A DNA stretch of 64,000 nt from an uncultured delta proteobacterium (GTDB lineage: Bacteria > Myxococcota > Myxococcia > Myxococcales > Myxococcaceae): contig CAVZMH010000022.1 of the NCBI GenBank assembly GCA_963776345.1, forward strand, positions 416,001-480,000, written 5' to 3'. Positions 38,844 to 48,574 of the stretch are shown here, in pieces (position 1 is the first letter of the stretch; every line of letters starts with the position of its first letter). The notes beneath the pieces are model-generated. The model was not told the origin of the DNA and did no database searches. It saw only the letters and a program-made list of their open reading frames with translations. A program made the translations under genes and the position numbers.

Positions 38844-39991
38844 AGGAGCTCCGACCGGCGGAGGCCCGGGACGAAGGCCCGCACCACCGCGACGCCCTCG
38901 GCGAGGGAGGCGAGGGTGACCACGGCGATCTCTGGGTGCCCGGCGCGGTGGAGCGCCGCGACCACCGGACCGGCGCCCGCGGGGTCCTCGAGGCGACGTG
39001 CCGGCCGGGTGGTCCTCCGCCTGGTGGGCGCCGCGCATGCGGCCCGGAGCCGCCGCGCCGACGCGGGGTCCATGGGAGCCACGTCCTCGCGAGCGCCGTG
39101 GGTGTCGGTCACCCGGGACTGGACGGCCTCGAGGAGCGCCCCCAGCCGGGCCTCCTCCCGCGTGACGCCAGCGGCGTAGCCTGCGGTCAGCGGAATGACG
39201 TCCCGCTGCGCGTCGAAGACCAGCGCCCCGGCGAGAGGGAGCACCACGACGCCGGGCCCTGCCGGTGGATCGAGGTCGAACAGGCGCGCTTCGAGCCCGC
39301 GGGTCCCGAGTCGCTCGACGAGCGCCGCCACCGTGGGCGTGTCCTCGAGCGCGCGGCCCTGCACGGCGTGTGCGGCGACGGCCGCCTCGGTCCAGCCCCG
39401 GGGCAGGGCGCGGTGGAGGAGGTCACGCTCGACCAGCTCGAGCAGCGCGTGACGAAGCGCGAGGTTCGCCGAGCGCGGGTGGGCGCCCAGCCCGTTCGAG
39501 GTCCAGGCGATGCCCAGGTCGGGAACGCCGGACGAACCGGGCGGGCTGCAGGTCACCGCCGCGGCGGGGACCCACAGCGGCCCTCCGTCGCCGAGGCGAT
39601 GTGCCACCCGCCAGGGCCGGCGCTGCGCGCGTCTCCACAGCGCCGCTGGGCGGAGTCGCGCGGAGGCCGGAAGCAGCTCCGGGCCCCAGGCACGCTCCCC
39701 GGCCGGTGGCGCGCCCCAGCGGACGTCGTCGGGGGTGCGCTCGCTGGCCCAGAGCTCCGCCGCCTCCATCGCCGCGCTCCACAGCGCGGTGGCGTCGGTG
39801 AGCCCCTTGCCGTTGCACACCTGGAGCACGTGGCCGCGCGGCCGGATCGCGCAGGCGACGGGGAGGTCGCTCCGGTCCAGGGCGCCGACCCGGGCGAGGC
39901 GGGAGACGCCGACCCGGTCGAGGAGCGCGGCCGACGGCGCGTCTCCATCCTGGGCGAGGCGAGCGGAACGGAGCATCGACCCCGGGAGCAT
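38840..39991 (-). CDS. ycaO: YcaO-family protein, TfuA-associated (thioamide-forming) type
   Basis: GVSRLARVGALDR, NGKG, AMEAAE, SNGLGAH...LLELVERD, EAVQSRVTDTHGAREDV; start uncertain (39991 or 39976), with a TAGAAT -10-like hexamer at 40020-40025. Confidence 0.9.
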   Translation of the reverse strand: MLPGSMLRSARLAQDGDAPSAALLDRVGVSRLARVGALDRSDLPVACAIRPRGHVLQVCNGKGLTDATALWSAAMEAAELWASERTPDDVRWGAPPAGERAWGPELLPASARLRPAALWRRAQRRPWRVAHRLGDGGPLWVPAAAVTCSPPGSSGVPDLGIAWTSNGLGAHPRSANLALRHALLELVERDLLHRALPRGWTEAAVAAHAVQGRALEDTPTVAALVERLGTRGLEARLFDLDPPAGPGVVVLPLAGALVFDAQRDVIPLTAGYAAGVTREEARLGALLEAVQSRVTDTHGAREDVAPMDPASARRLRAACAAPTRRRTTRPARRLEDPAGAGPVVAALHRAGHPEIAVVTLASLAEGVAVVRAFVPGLRRSELL

Positions 39992-40199
39992 CCACCGGAT
40001 GCTTCCTGGTCGGGCGAGAATTCTAGGGGTGTGAGTCATCGAGGCCCGGGGGCTGGCCAATGCGGTGACCGGCCAGTCGCTGTCAGCCGGTACCGTCGCT
40101 CGGGGAGCGCTCCGACGAGCCCTCGCACCGGGATGCTACGCTCGCGTCCGAGCCACGCGATCGAGCTCGAGACGAGCCATGCATCGGAGGGTGCGGCGG

Positions 40200-40562
40200 A
40201 TGAGCGCAGCGGAACGGAGCCCCACGCCTCTCGGCCCGCTCGACGCGATGAGGGTGGACCCCGAGCACCACGAGGTCCTCCTGGAGAACGAGCACGTCCG
40301 CGTGCTCGACGCCAGGGTCCGTCCTGGCGAAGAGACCGCGATCCACACCCACGTGTGGCCAGGCGCCCTGTACGTCATCAGCTGGAGCGACTTCCTCCGG
40401 CTCGATCCCGACGGAAAGGTCCTCGTCGACTCGCGAACCATGGCCTCGCCGCCGGGGCCCGGGGAGTGCCTGTGGGGGCCACCCCTTCCGCCACACCGCG
40501 TACGGAACATCGGCGACGCGGAGCTGCGGATCATCGCCGTCGAGCTGAAGACCCCGGGCTGA
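40200..40562 (+). CDS. Cupin domain protein
   Basis: VLLENEHVRVL, PGE...HTH.WP, PH.VRNIG...IAVELK. Confidence 0.8.
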   Translation: MSAAERSPTPLGPLDAMRVDPEHHEVLLENEHVRVLDARVRPGEETAIHTHVWPGALYVISWSDFLRLDPDGKVLVDSRTMASPPGPGECLWGPPLPPHRVRNIGDAELRIIAVELKTPG

Positions 40563-40693
40563 TCCCAGGGGCTGGCTCGCTCCGCCGGGGACCGAACTCA
40601 CACTGCAAGACTGGGCCGGGCCGTGCGCCTGTCATCGCCCATTGCGCCTGGGCGCGGCGCGCGGCAGATAGTCCGGACCACGGAGGTGGGACC

Positions 40694-41125
40694 ATGCAGA
40701 GCAAGGCGACCGCGGAGTGGCAGGGCGATCTGATGAGCGGCCAGGGGAAGATCAGCGCCGCGAGCGGGACCTTCCAGGGCGCGAGCCTGAGCTGGAAGGC
40801 GCGGACGGAGGGGGTGGCGCGCGCGACCACGCCCGAGGAGCTGCTCGCCGCGGCGCACGCGAGCTGCTTCTCGATGGCGCTCTCGCACGCCCTCGCGCAG
40901 GGGGGTCACCCGCCGAAGCGGCTCGAGACCAGCTGCGTGGTCGAGTTCGGCCCGAAGGCCGGCGGCGGGTTCGAGGTCCGCTCGTCGACGCTCGAGGTGA
41001 AGGGGTGGGTGCCGGGGATCGACGCGGCGGAGTTCACGAAGGCTGCCGAGGGCGCGAAGAGCGGGTGCCCCATCTCGGCGGCGCTCAAGATCCCGATGTC
41101 CGTCAAGGCCGGCCTCCAGCAGTAG
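40694..41125 (+). CDS. osmC: OsmC family peroxiredoxin
   Basis: WQGDL..G.G, TPEELLAAAHASCFSMALS, AKSGCPISAAL; RBS GGAGG. Confidence 0.93.
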   Translation: MQSKATAEWQGDLMSGQGKISAASGTFQGASLSWKARTEGVARATTPEELLAAAHASCFSMALSHALAQGGHPPKRLETSCVVEFGPKAGGGFEVRSSTLEVKGWVPGIDAAEFTKAAEGAKSGCPISAALKIPMSVKAGLQQ

Positions 41126-41288
41126 CGGCGCCGCAGCCCGGCGCTGGTCGAAGTGCTGGCAGCGGCCGTGAGCTGAGCGACATCGCCCCGCGGCGCGGGG
41201 AGGTCCCTCGTTGCGGCGACCAGGGGAGCGCGGGCACGCTCCGTCACCCCGGAGCCTTCTCGAGCATCCAGCGGGGCGGGAGGACGCG

Positions 41289-42827
41289 ATGAGCGCAGGA
41301 GAGAGCCAGCCGAAGGGGCCAGACCTCGCCGGAGGCGTGGAGGCCGAGTCGCTCGCCGACGGGAGAAGCCTCGAGGGGCACGTGGGGAGCGAGGCGGTGC
41401 TCCTCGTGCGGAGCGGCGGGGAGTTCTTCGCCGTGGGTTCGAAGTGCACCCACTACGGAGGCCCGCTGGCGGAGGGGCTGGTGGTGGACGGCACCGTTCG
41501 CTGTCCCTGGCACCATGCGTGCTTCTCGCTCCGCACTGGCGAGGCGCTGCGGGCACCGGCGCTGAACCCCGTCGATCGCTGGACGGTGGAGCGGCGCGGG
41601 TCGAAGGTGCATGTCACGGCCAAGGCACCTCCTGCTCCGGCACGAAAGCGTCCGCCCTCGGCACCGCGGCGCATCGTCATCGTCGGGGGCGGCGCGGCGG
41701 GCAACGCCGCGGCAGAGATGCTCCGGCACGAAGGTTTCGACGGCAGCCTCACCCTGCTCAGCGCCGACACCTCGGTCCCTTACGATCGGCCCAACCTGTC
41801 CAAGGACTACCTCGCCGGCACCGCACCGGAGGAGTGGATTCCCCTCCGCTCCCCGGAGTTCTACGTCGAGAAGGGCATCGAGCTCCGACTCGGCACCCGG
41901 GTCACGGCCATCGATCCCGCCCGTCGCGAGGTGACCCTCGAAGCTGGGGGGAAGCTCCCCTACGACGCGCTCCTCCTCGCGACGGGCGCGAGTCCGGTGC
42001 GCCCCAGGCTTCCGGGCGCCGAGCTGCCGCACGTCTTCACCCTCCGCTCCCTGGCCGACGCCCGGGCGATCATCGCTCGCGCCGGCGAGGGGAGCCGGGC
42101 GCTGGTGCTCGGGGCCAGCTTCATCGGCCTGGAGGCAGCCGCCGCCCTCCGCACCCGCGGCGTGGAGGTGCAGGTGGCCGCTCCCGACGCCATCCCCATG
42201 GAGCGGGTGCTCGGGGCCGAGCTCGGACGCTTCGTGCGGAAGCTCCACGAAAAGCATGGCGTCGTCTTCCATCTCGGCCGGACCGCGCAGGCCATCGACT
42301 CCGGCGCGGTGACCCTGTCCGACGGAAGCCGCGTCGCCGCCGACCTGGTGGTCATCGGAGTCGGCGTGCGGCCAGTGGTCGACCTGGCCCAGGCGGCGGG
42401 CCTGGAGGTGGACAACGGCGTGCTGGTCGACGCTCGGCTTCGCAGCAGTGTCCCGGAGATCTTCGTGGCCGGGGACGCCGCACGCTGGCAGGACGCGCGG
42501 ACCGGGGAGCGGATGCGCGTCGAGCACTGGGTGGTCGCAGAGCGCCAGGGCCAGTCGGTGGCCCGCACCATGCTCGGCGGGACCGAGCCCTTCGACGACG
42601 TTCCCTTCTTCTGGAGCGCGCACTACGACGCCACGTTCAGCTACGTCGGGCACGCGACGCAGTGGGACGCGGCCCGCATGGATGGGACGCCCGAGGCCCG
42701 CGACTGTCGGGTGGAGCTGTCGGCGAAGGGGAAGGTGCTGGCGGTCATCACCCTCGGCCGTGACCGGCAGAGCCTCGAGGCGGAGGTGGCGCTGGCCCGG
42801 GGGGTCAGTCCATCTCCAGGGTCCTGA
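41289..42827 (+). CDS. Rieske [2Fe-2S] plus FAD/NAD-dependent oxidoreductase (AIF/ferredoxin reductase-like)
   Basis: CTHYG...CPWHHACF; GGGAAG; YDRPNLSKDYL; GASFIGLE; EHWVVA; PFFWS. Confidence 0.92.
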   Translation: MSAGESQPKGPDLAGGVEAESLADGRSLEGHVGSEAVLLVRSGGEFFAVGSKCTHYGGPLAEGLVVDGTVRCPWHHACFSLRTGEALRAPALNPVDRWTVERRGSKVHVTAKAPPAPARKRPPSAPRRIVIVGGGAAGNAAAEMLRHEGFDGSLTLLSADTSVPYDRPNLSKDYLAGTAPEEWIPLRSPEFYVEKGIELRLGTRVTAIDPARREVTLEAGGKLPYDALLLATGASPVRPRLPGAELPHVFTLRSLADARAIIARAGEGSRALVLGASFIGLEAAAALRTRGVEVQVAAPDAIPMERVLGAELGRFVRKLHEKHGVVFHLGRTAQAIDSGAVTLSDGSRVAADLVVIGVGVRPVVDLAQAAGLEVDNGVLVDARLRSSVPEIFVAGDAARWQDARTGERMRVEHWVVAERQGQSVARTMLGGTEPFDDVPFFWSAHYDATFSYVGHATQWDAARMDGTPEARDCRVELSAKGKVLAVITLGRDRQSLEAEVALARGVSPSPGS

Positions 42828-45231
42828 ACTGCCCCTGGGCGTCGATGACCGTGCCCCAGACCTTGTGCGAGGCCTGGTGCTCGGAGAGGCCGAAGCTCAT
42901 CACCGTCCCGATTCCCAGGTCGTAGTCCTTGATCGACTCGAGGGCGTCCACCAGCTTCTCGGCGTCCAGATCGCGGCCGGCCCGGCGGAGCCCCTCGGCC
43001 AGCAGCTGGGACGCCACGTAGCCCTCGAGCGAGATGAAGTCCGGGTGCTGGTCGGGGTGGTACCTCTTGAGGGCCTCCCGGTAGTGAATCACGCCGGTGG
43101 CTCCCGATTCGTAGTGCGGCACCACCTGGGTGACGATCACTCCATCCGCGTAGCTGGGGCCGAGATCCTTCAGCCCCTCGGCCAGATCGTTGCTCCCGAC
43201 GAACGAGACGTTGAGGAACACCGGCTCGATGCTGGCGTCCCGGACCCGCTGGATGAAGCGGACCGCCGCCTTGTAGGTGGAGACCATGATCACCGCCTTC
43301 ACCGGGTGGCGTCGGCGAACCTCGGGGCCACTGGAGCCCCGGACCGTCACGGTGGTGTCGTGGTACTTGAGGAGCGTGCGGACCGCTCCCTCGACCTCGA
43401 CCGTGTTCCGCTCGTAGTTGACCCTGAGGAGGTCGACGTCTCCGTGCCCGGACTTGCGGAGCATCTTCACCGCCCCGTCGTAGCCGGCGTCCCCGTAGGT
43501 GTCGTGCTGGGCGAAGACCACGATGCTGCGGGGATCGATCCGCTTCACCTCCAGCAGGTAGTGGATCATCCTCGCCGTCTCGTCCTGGTAGCTGGCGCGG
43601 TAGTTGAAGACGTACCGATCGGGCGGGTCCTTGCGGAGGAGGTTTGACCCGGTGAACGCGCCGAAGAACAGGGTGCGGTTCTTCACCGCGTAGGGGACCG
43701 TATGCTGTGCGGTCGGCGTGCCCACGTTGCCGATCACTCCGAAGACCTGGCGCTGCTCGAGCAGCTCGCTCATGTTCGACAGCGCGCGATTGCCCTCGTA
43801 CCCGTCGTCGAGCGCCACCAGCTTCAGCTTCCGGCCCGCGACGCCCCCGCGCTCGTTGATCGCCTCGAAGCCCGTCTCGATCCCCAGCTTCATCCGGGTC
43901 CCGAGCTGCTGTGCGGGGCCGGAGAACGCCGCGCTCATCCCCATGAGGATCTCGGTGTCGGTCACTCCGCGGATTGCCCGGGCCGGGGCGACCGATGCGG
44001 CCGTCAGGAGCTTCGCCGCGTCGGCGGCGGCGGGGTGTGACTCGCCGCTCCGGGTCAACCAGGCCAGCGTTCCGCCAAGGGCGAGCGCCACGACCAGCAC
44101 CGCCGCGCCCATCGCCAGCCGGCGGTCGTCCTTCCGCTTCCGTGACGAGCCGAGGCTGAACCGGCTGAACCCGGTCCCGTGGCTCGTGACCAGGCGAGAG
44201 CCCTGCGGGGTCAGATCGGGGAGAGTCTGGACGTCGGCATCGTTCTTCAGCTGGTGCTCGATGACCATCCTCAGCCTCTGCTTCTCCTCGGCGAACCCCT
44301 CGCTCAGCGCGGCGCCGATCTCCCGGTCGCTCACCCGCGGCGGGTGCTGGTTGAGGTAGCTCTCGAGGTCCGCATGGAGCTCGGCCGCCGTGAGGTAGCG
44401 CTCCTCGGGCCTAGGCTTGAGGGCCTTCATGCAGATCTGCTCGAGCCGTGCAGGGACGTCCGGGAGCAGCTGCCGGAGCGGCTCGACCTCTCCCTCGATC
44501 GCCTTCTGCAGCCGGTCCGACGAGCTGAGCTGCTTCCACATCCGGCGGCCGATGATCGTCTCCCAGAGGAGCACGCCGATGGAGTAGATGTCCGCGCGGC
44601 GATCGACGTGGCCGCTGTCGGTGTACGCCTCGGGGGCCATGTAGCCCGTCTTCCCCTTCACCACCCCGGCACGGGTCTGAGTGCCCGAGTCGAGCGCCTT
44701 GGCCACGCCGAAGTCGACCAGCTTCACCCGCCCGTCGTACCCGACGAGGATGTTGCTCGGGGTGACGTCCCGGTGCACCACGTTCAGCGGCTTGCCGTCG
44801 TAGTCGGTGAGCTCGTGCGCGTAGTGCAGGCCCGCCAGGGCGTGGAGCAAGACTTGAAGCTGCATCCGCGGGGCGAAGGTCCGGGTGGGGATGGACGAAT
44901 GGCGGATGCTCTCCAGGGTCTGGCCATCGACGTACTCCATGGCCAGGTAGTAGCGGCCGTCGTCCTCGCCCACGTCGTAGGTCTGGACCACGTTGGGGTG
45001 GTTGAGCCGCGCCGCCAGCCGCGCCTCGGCGAGGAACATCTGACGGAACTCCTGCTCCTCGGCGAGGTCGGCGCGAAGCAGCTTGATCACCACCAGCTTC
45101 TGGAAGCCGCCCAGCGCTCCGCGGGTGGCGGTGAGATAGACGTTGGCCATCCCGCCGCGGCCGATCTCTCCGATGAAGCGGTACTTCCCTGCGAGATCGG
45201 TTCCGAGGGTCTCCGCCAGTCCTTGAGCCAT
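42805..45231 (-). CDS. Ser/Thr protein kinase fused through a TM helix to an ABC-type (PBP1, Leu/Ile/Val-binding fold) substrate-binding domain
   Basis: GRGGMA, HRDVTPSN, DFG, GYMAPE, TM AMGAAVLVVALALGGTLAWL, GVTDTEILMG.SAAFSGP, LDDGYE, SLEGY. Confidence 0.9.
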   Translation of the reverse strand: MAQGLAETLGTDLAGKYRFIGEIGRGGMANVYLTATRGALGGFQKLVVIKLLRADLAEEQEFRQMFLAEARLAARLNHPNVVQTYDVGEDDGRYYLAMEYVDGQTLESIRHSSIPTRTFAPRMQLQVLLHALAGLHYAHELTDYDGKPLNVVHRDVTPSNILVGYDGRVKLVDFGVAKALDSGTQTRAGVVKGKTGYMAPEAYTDSGHVDRRADIYSIGVLLWETIIGRRMWKQLSSSDRLQKAIEGEVEPLRQLLPDVPARLEQICMKALKPRPEERYLTAAELHADLESYLNQHPPRVSDREIGAALSEGFAEEKQRLRMVIEHQLKNDADVQTLPDLTPQGSRLVTSHGTGFSRFSLGSSRKRKDDRRLAMGAAVLVVALALGGTLAWLTRSGESHPAAADAAKLLTAASVAPARAIRGVTDTEILMGMSAAFSGPAQQLGTRMKLGIETGFEAINERGGVAGRKLKLVALDDGYEGNRALSNMSELLEQRQVFGVIGNVGTPTAQHTVPYAVKNRTLFFGAFTGSNLLRKDPPDRYVFNYRASYQDETARMIHYLLEVKRIDPRSIVVFAQHDTYGDAGYDGAVKMLRKSGHGDVDLLRVNYERNTVEVEGAVRTLLKYHDTTVTVRGSSGPEVRRRHPVKAVIMVSTYKAAVRFIQRVRDASIEPVFLNVSFVGSNDLAEGLKDLGPSYADGVIVTQVVPHYESGATGVIHYREALKRYHPDQHPDFISLEGYVASQLLAEGLRRAGRDLDAEKLVDALESIKDYDLGIGTVMSFGLSEHQASHKVWGTVIDAQGQFRTLEMD

Positions 45232-45760
45232 GCGCCGGTTCTCCTGCTTGCGACCGCATCGCCATCGTACGGCGAAGGCGGCCGGGCGCTCGACGCACCC
45301 CGCGAGTCCGGACGCGATCCGAGGCACCCACTTCGCAGGTCGATGTCGCGCGCTGTGCGGCGAGAACCTCTCCCGGCCCACGTGGTGCGGCGATCTCGGT
45401 CTCCGTGGTTCCAAGCGCTGAGTGAGGCAAGAGGTGCATCGACGATCGTCGCTACCCGCAGAGCAGTGGTCCGAGCTTCCGCCCTGGTCGTGCTGGTCTC
45501 GGCCATGACGAGGGGGGTCTTCGTTGCTTTGGTCGCACGGTTGGGAGTCAGCGCGCGCAAGCGAGCGAGCGCATGCAACAGCGGCGAGCCAGCGGTGTCT
45601 TTGCGCCATAGGACCGTTCGGTAGGCCGGGTGGGGTTCCACAGCGCGAGCAGGAGTGGGGAAGGTGTGCTCGAAGAGCTCGGCTCGGCACTGTCGAGCAC
45701 CGTACAAGCCGCAGGTCCGCTCGCGGTCGTCGGCTGACCTGATTCACCGGAAACGCCGAC

Positions 45761-47146
45761 GTGAACCCTCCGCCGACCTCTCGACTCACGCTCCGGGCGT
45801 TGCCCGGCCTCCTTTGCCTGGCGGCGCTCGCTGCCTGCGGCCCGGCGCCTGTTCCCGCCCCCGAGACCGAGCTCGCACCCAGGGACGTGACACTGCCCGG
45901 AACCGCGGCCGTCAAGGTCGAACCCTGGGACCATCAGAGATGGATCGTGCTGGTGGAGACCCTCCAGGAACAGCTCCTGGTGACGATGCCCCGGCGCAAG
46001 CTCGTGTGGCTGGACGCAGACCTCAAGACGATCAAGGAGTACGTGCCGCCCCAGGGGCGCTTCCTGATCGACTTCTCCGTGCATCCCTCCGGCGCGGCGA
46101 CGATCGTGGAGATCGAGCCAGCGCCCGGGACCGATCTCTTCCTGAAACCGATCAAGGCGCAGCTGACCCGCTTCCTCGCCGACGGGTCCGAGGCCACGGT
46201 CCCACTCGATTCGGGGATCCCCGACACGGGTGGCACTCCGCCCCTCCCCTTCTCGCTCGACCGGGCACGCATCGCCCCATCGGGGGAGGACGATCTCGTG
46301 GTCGTGCGCTGGTCCGACAACTCCGTCCGGGCCCACCGCGTGGAGTTCCGAGATGGAGCCTTCCACCTAGCGTGGACCACCGTCGTGGAGCCTCCGGCGG
46401 CCCTCCTGGCGATCGGGATCATCGGCGGCGGATTCGACAACTTCCACCAGGGCGACCGGGCGGCCTTCGTCTATCTCGACGTGGACCCAACCGGGGTCGC
46501 GTACGTGGTCGTCCCGAGCACGGCGGACGTGCTCCCCGCCCACGACGCCTTCTTCCACGAACACTTGATGGCGGGCGCGGACGAGGCCCACTTCGACTAC
46601 GGGGTGTCCATCATCACCAGACTCTCACCGGACGGGCAGCGCACCTACGCGGTCCTTTCGGGCCTGGGCACCAACAAGCGCCTGCTGAGCATCCGGGCCA
46701 CGGCGCAGATCCTCTACCTGACGGGAAGGGTTCGGGTGGGGAGCAATCCCCCGGACTGGGACGCATGGATGCAGGCCTTCGAGCTGTCGACTGGCCATGC
46801 TCTTGCGGAACCGTCCATCGACGTGCAGGGCGGCGACATGTTCTGGGACCTGGCGTCGCTCGGAGACGGCTCGGTGCTGGGGGTCGGGTCCACCAACTAC
46901 ACTCAGAACCCCTCCGGGCTGAGCGTCAGCGACACGCGTGACAACCTCGCGGTCATCGTGGGACTGGACGGAGTCGTCCGGAAGCGGCTCACCTTGCCTG
47001 CCGGCCCTGCGGGCCGGGGGAACGAGGTCACGTCGGTGCGCGTGATCGGAGGCCGCTGGGCGATGTTCGCGGGGTTGAACAACGCGCCCGGTACGCACGC
47101 CGCGGTGTTCTCGGACGCCTTCTTGAGCCTGCGCGCACTCGAGTAG
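45761..47146 (+). CDS. Lipoprotein of unknown function (probably beta-rich)
   Basis: LCLAALAAC lipobox; long ORF with coding bias. Confidence 0.7.
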   Translation: MNPPPTSRLTLRALPGLLCLAALAACGPAPVPAPETELAPRDVTLPGTAAVKVEPWDHQRWIVLVETLQEQLLVTMPRRKLVWLDADLKTIKEYVPPQGRFLIDFSVHPSGAATIVEIEPAPGTDLFLKPIKAQLTRFLADGSEATVPLDSGIPDTGGTPPLPFSLDRARIAPSGEDDLVVVRWSDNSVRAHRVEFRDGAFHLAWTTVVEPPAALLAIGIIGGGFDNFHQGDRAAFVYLDVDPTGVAYVVVPSTADVLPAHDAFFHEHLMAGADEAHFDYGVSIITRLSPDGQRTYAVLSGLGTNKRLLSIRATAQILYLTGRVRVGSNPPDWDAWMQAFELSTGHALAEPSIDVQGGDMFWDLASLGDGSVLGVGSTNYTQNPSGLSVSDTRDNLAVIVGLDGVVRKRLTLPAGPAGRGNEVTSVRVIGGRWAMFAGLNNAPGTHAAVFSDAFLSLRALE

Positions 47147-47236
47147 GACAGGGCGCGTGCTCTACGCGACCATCCAACAGCAGGCGGACTTGCGGCGGGT
47201 GCACCGAAGGCGGAGGGTGGGTGCCGGAGGTGCGTC

Positions 47237-47563
47237 ATGATCGCTCGAGTCCTCAGCGTTCTCCTCGGCGCTGCGGTGTTCGCCAGCGCGTTCCTGCAAC
47301 CCACCCGCTCGACCGTGTTCTGGCACGACCTGTTGCTCGGAGGATTGGTCGCGGTGTTCTCCGTGATGTCGATCTGGATTCCGCGGCTGCGGTTCCTCAA
47401 CGCCGTCGCGGCAGTCTGGCTCTTCTGGTCGGGAGCGTTGCTGCCCAACATCGGCCACTTCTACGTCACGGTCGTCGCCGGGACGCTGATCTTCATCCTC
47501 TCCTTCGTGCCGAACAGTGACGAGACGTTCTGGCCACATCACCACGTGGCCCATCATCACTGA
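47237..47563 (+). CDS. SPW-repeat-like small membrane protein with a His-rich tail
   Basis: RBS GGAGG; four hydrophobic segments; ends WPHHHVAHHH. Confidence 0.7.
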   Translation: MIARVLSVLLGAAVFASAFLQPTRSTVFWHDLLLGGLVAVFSVMSIWIPRLRFLNAVAAVWLFWSGALLPNIGHFYVTVVAGTLIFILSFVPNSDETFWPHHHVAHHH

Positions 47564-47571
47564 GCGGCCGA

Positions 47572-47596
47572 AGACGAGGTGTCCGACACCTCGTCT
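47572..47596. terminator. Perfect inverted repeat between convergent genes (likely terminator)
   Basis: AGACGAGGTGTC-C-GACACCTCGTCT, 8 nt after the stop at 47563; no U-tract. Confidence 0.55.
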
Positions 47597-47604
47597 CGCA
47601 GGGC

Positions 47605-47720
47605 TCAAGGCAATGCTGCCGACGGCTCTGCGCTGGGTCCGGCGCTTCTGAACCACCGGTCCATCCAGGCGATCGGGATCCCGAAGAACAGGATGTGCAC
47701 CGCCAGCGCAGGGGCCGGGA
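47605..47720 (-). pseudogene. Possible C-terminal remnant of a membrane protein
   Basis: PALAVHILFFGIPIAWMDRWFRSAGPSAEPSAALP* with no start codon. Confidence 0.3.
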
Positions 47721-47744
47721 CCGAGCCCGGGTTCCAGCTCGTCC

Positions 47745-48497
47745 TCAGGTGCGGATCTTGATCTTCTCCAGCTCTCGGCGCGTCTCCGCCGAGTACCAGA
47801 TCTCGACGAACTCCCGGACCGATGCGGCTTCTCTTCGCTGCATCTCCTCCAGGATCGGCTGTCGGAGGAGGAGCTTGATGCTGCGGAATGCCGTGGGCGA
47901 CCTGGCGGCGTGCTCGTGGAGCCGTCGCCGGGCCTCATCGAGGAGCGCGTCCTCCGGGACGGTTGCGTCCACCAGGCCGAGGGCCAGCGCCTGTTCCGCG
48001 GTGTAGAGCGCCCCGCTGTAGACCATTTCCTGCGCTCGCCGCTCGCCGACCCAGAAGCGGAGCAGGGCGAGGCTCCCGGCGAAGAGCGAGGAACCGAAGC
48101 CGATCTCGTTGAGACCGATCTTGGCGTTGTCCCTGGCCATGACCCGAGCGTCACACGCGATGGCCAGCATGCAGCCTCCGGCGACCGCGTGGCCGTTGAT
48201 GGCCGCGACGACCGGCCTGGGATGGGCGAAGAGGTCGCGATAGAGCGTGGTGAACTTCTCGAGGTATCCAGCGAAAACCTCCTTCGATGCCCCCATGAAC
48301 TCCGGGATGTCGAAGCCGAAGGAGAAGAACTTGCCGCTTCCGGTAAGGAGGATCCCCCGAACCCGTGAGTCGTTGGCGAGATCGCCGAGGCAGTGAGAGA
48401 GCTCGTCCACCACCTGCTCGTTCAACGCATTGACCTTGCCTCGCTCGAGCCGGACCTCGGCGATGCCTTCCTGGACGCTCAGCCGGACGAAAGTCAT
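47745..48497 (-). CDS. Enoyl-CoA hydratase/isomerase family protein
   Basis: KVNALN, FFSFGFDI, PVVAAINGHAVAGGCMLA.ACD.R, IGLNE. Confidence 0.9.
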   Translation of the reverse strand: MTFVRLSVQEGIAEVRLERGKVNALNEQVVDELSHCLGDLANDSRVRGILLTGSGKFFSFGFDIPEFMGASKEVFAGYLEKFTTLYRDLFAHPRPVVAAINGHAVAGGCMLAIACDARVMARDNAKIGLNEIGFGSSLFAGSLALLRFWVGERRAQEMVYSGALYTAEQALALGLVDATVPEDALLDEARRRLHEHAARSPTAFRSIKLLLRQPILEEMQRREAASVREFVEIWYSAETRRELEKIKIRT

Positions 48498-48574
48498 GAA
48501 AGCGCTCCTTCGACCGGCCCTTGTAACGAAGTTGCAGGGGCGTTCGCCCGCTCGATGCGTTAGGCCTCGGCTCC

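Noticed and set aside
45232..45760. 530-bp intergenic region as an ncRNA or small gene
   Set aside because: No convincing RBS-linked ORF, stable structure or known motif visible by eye.
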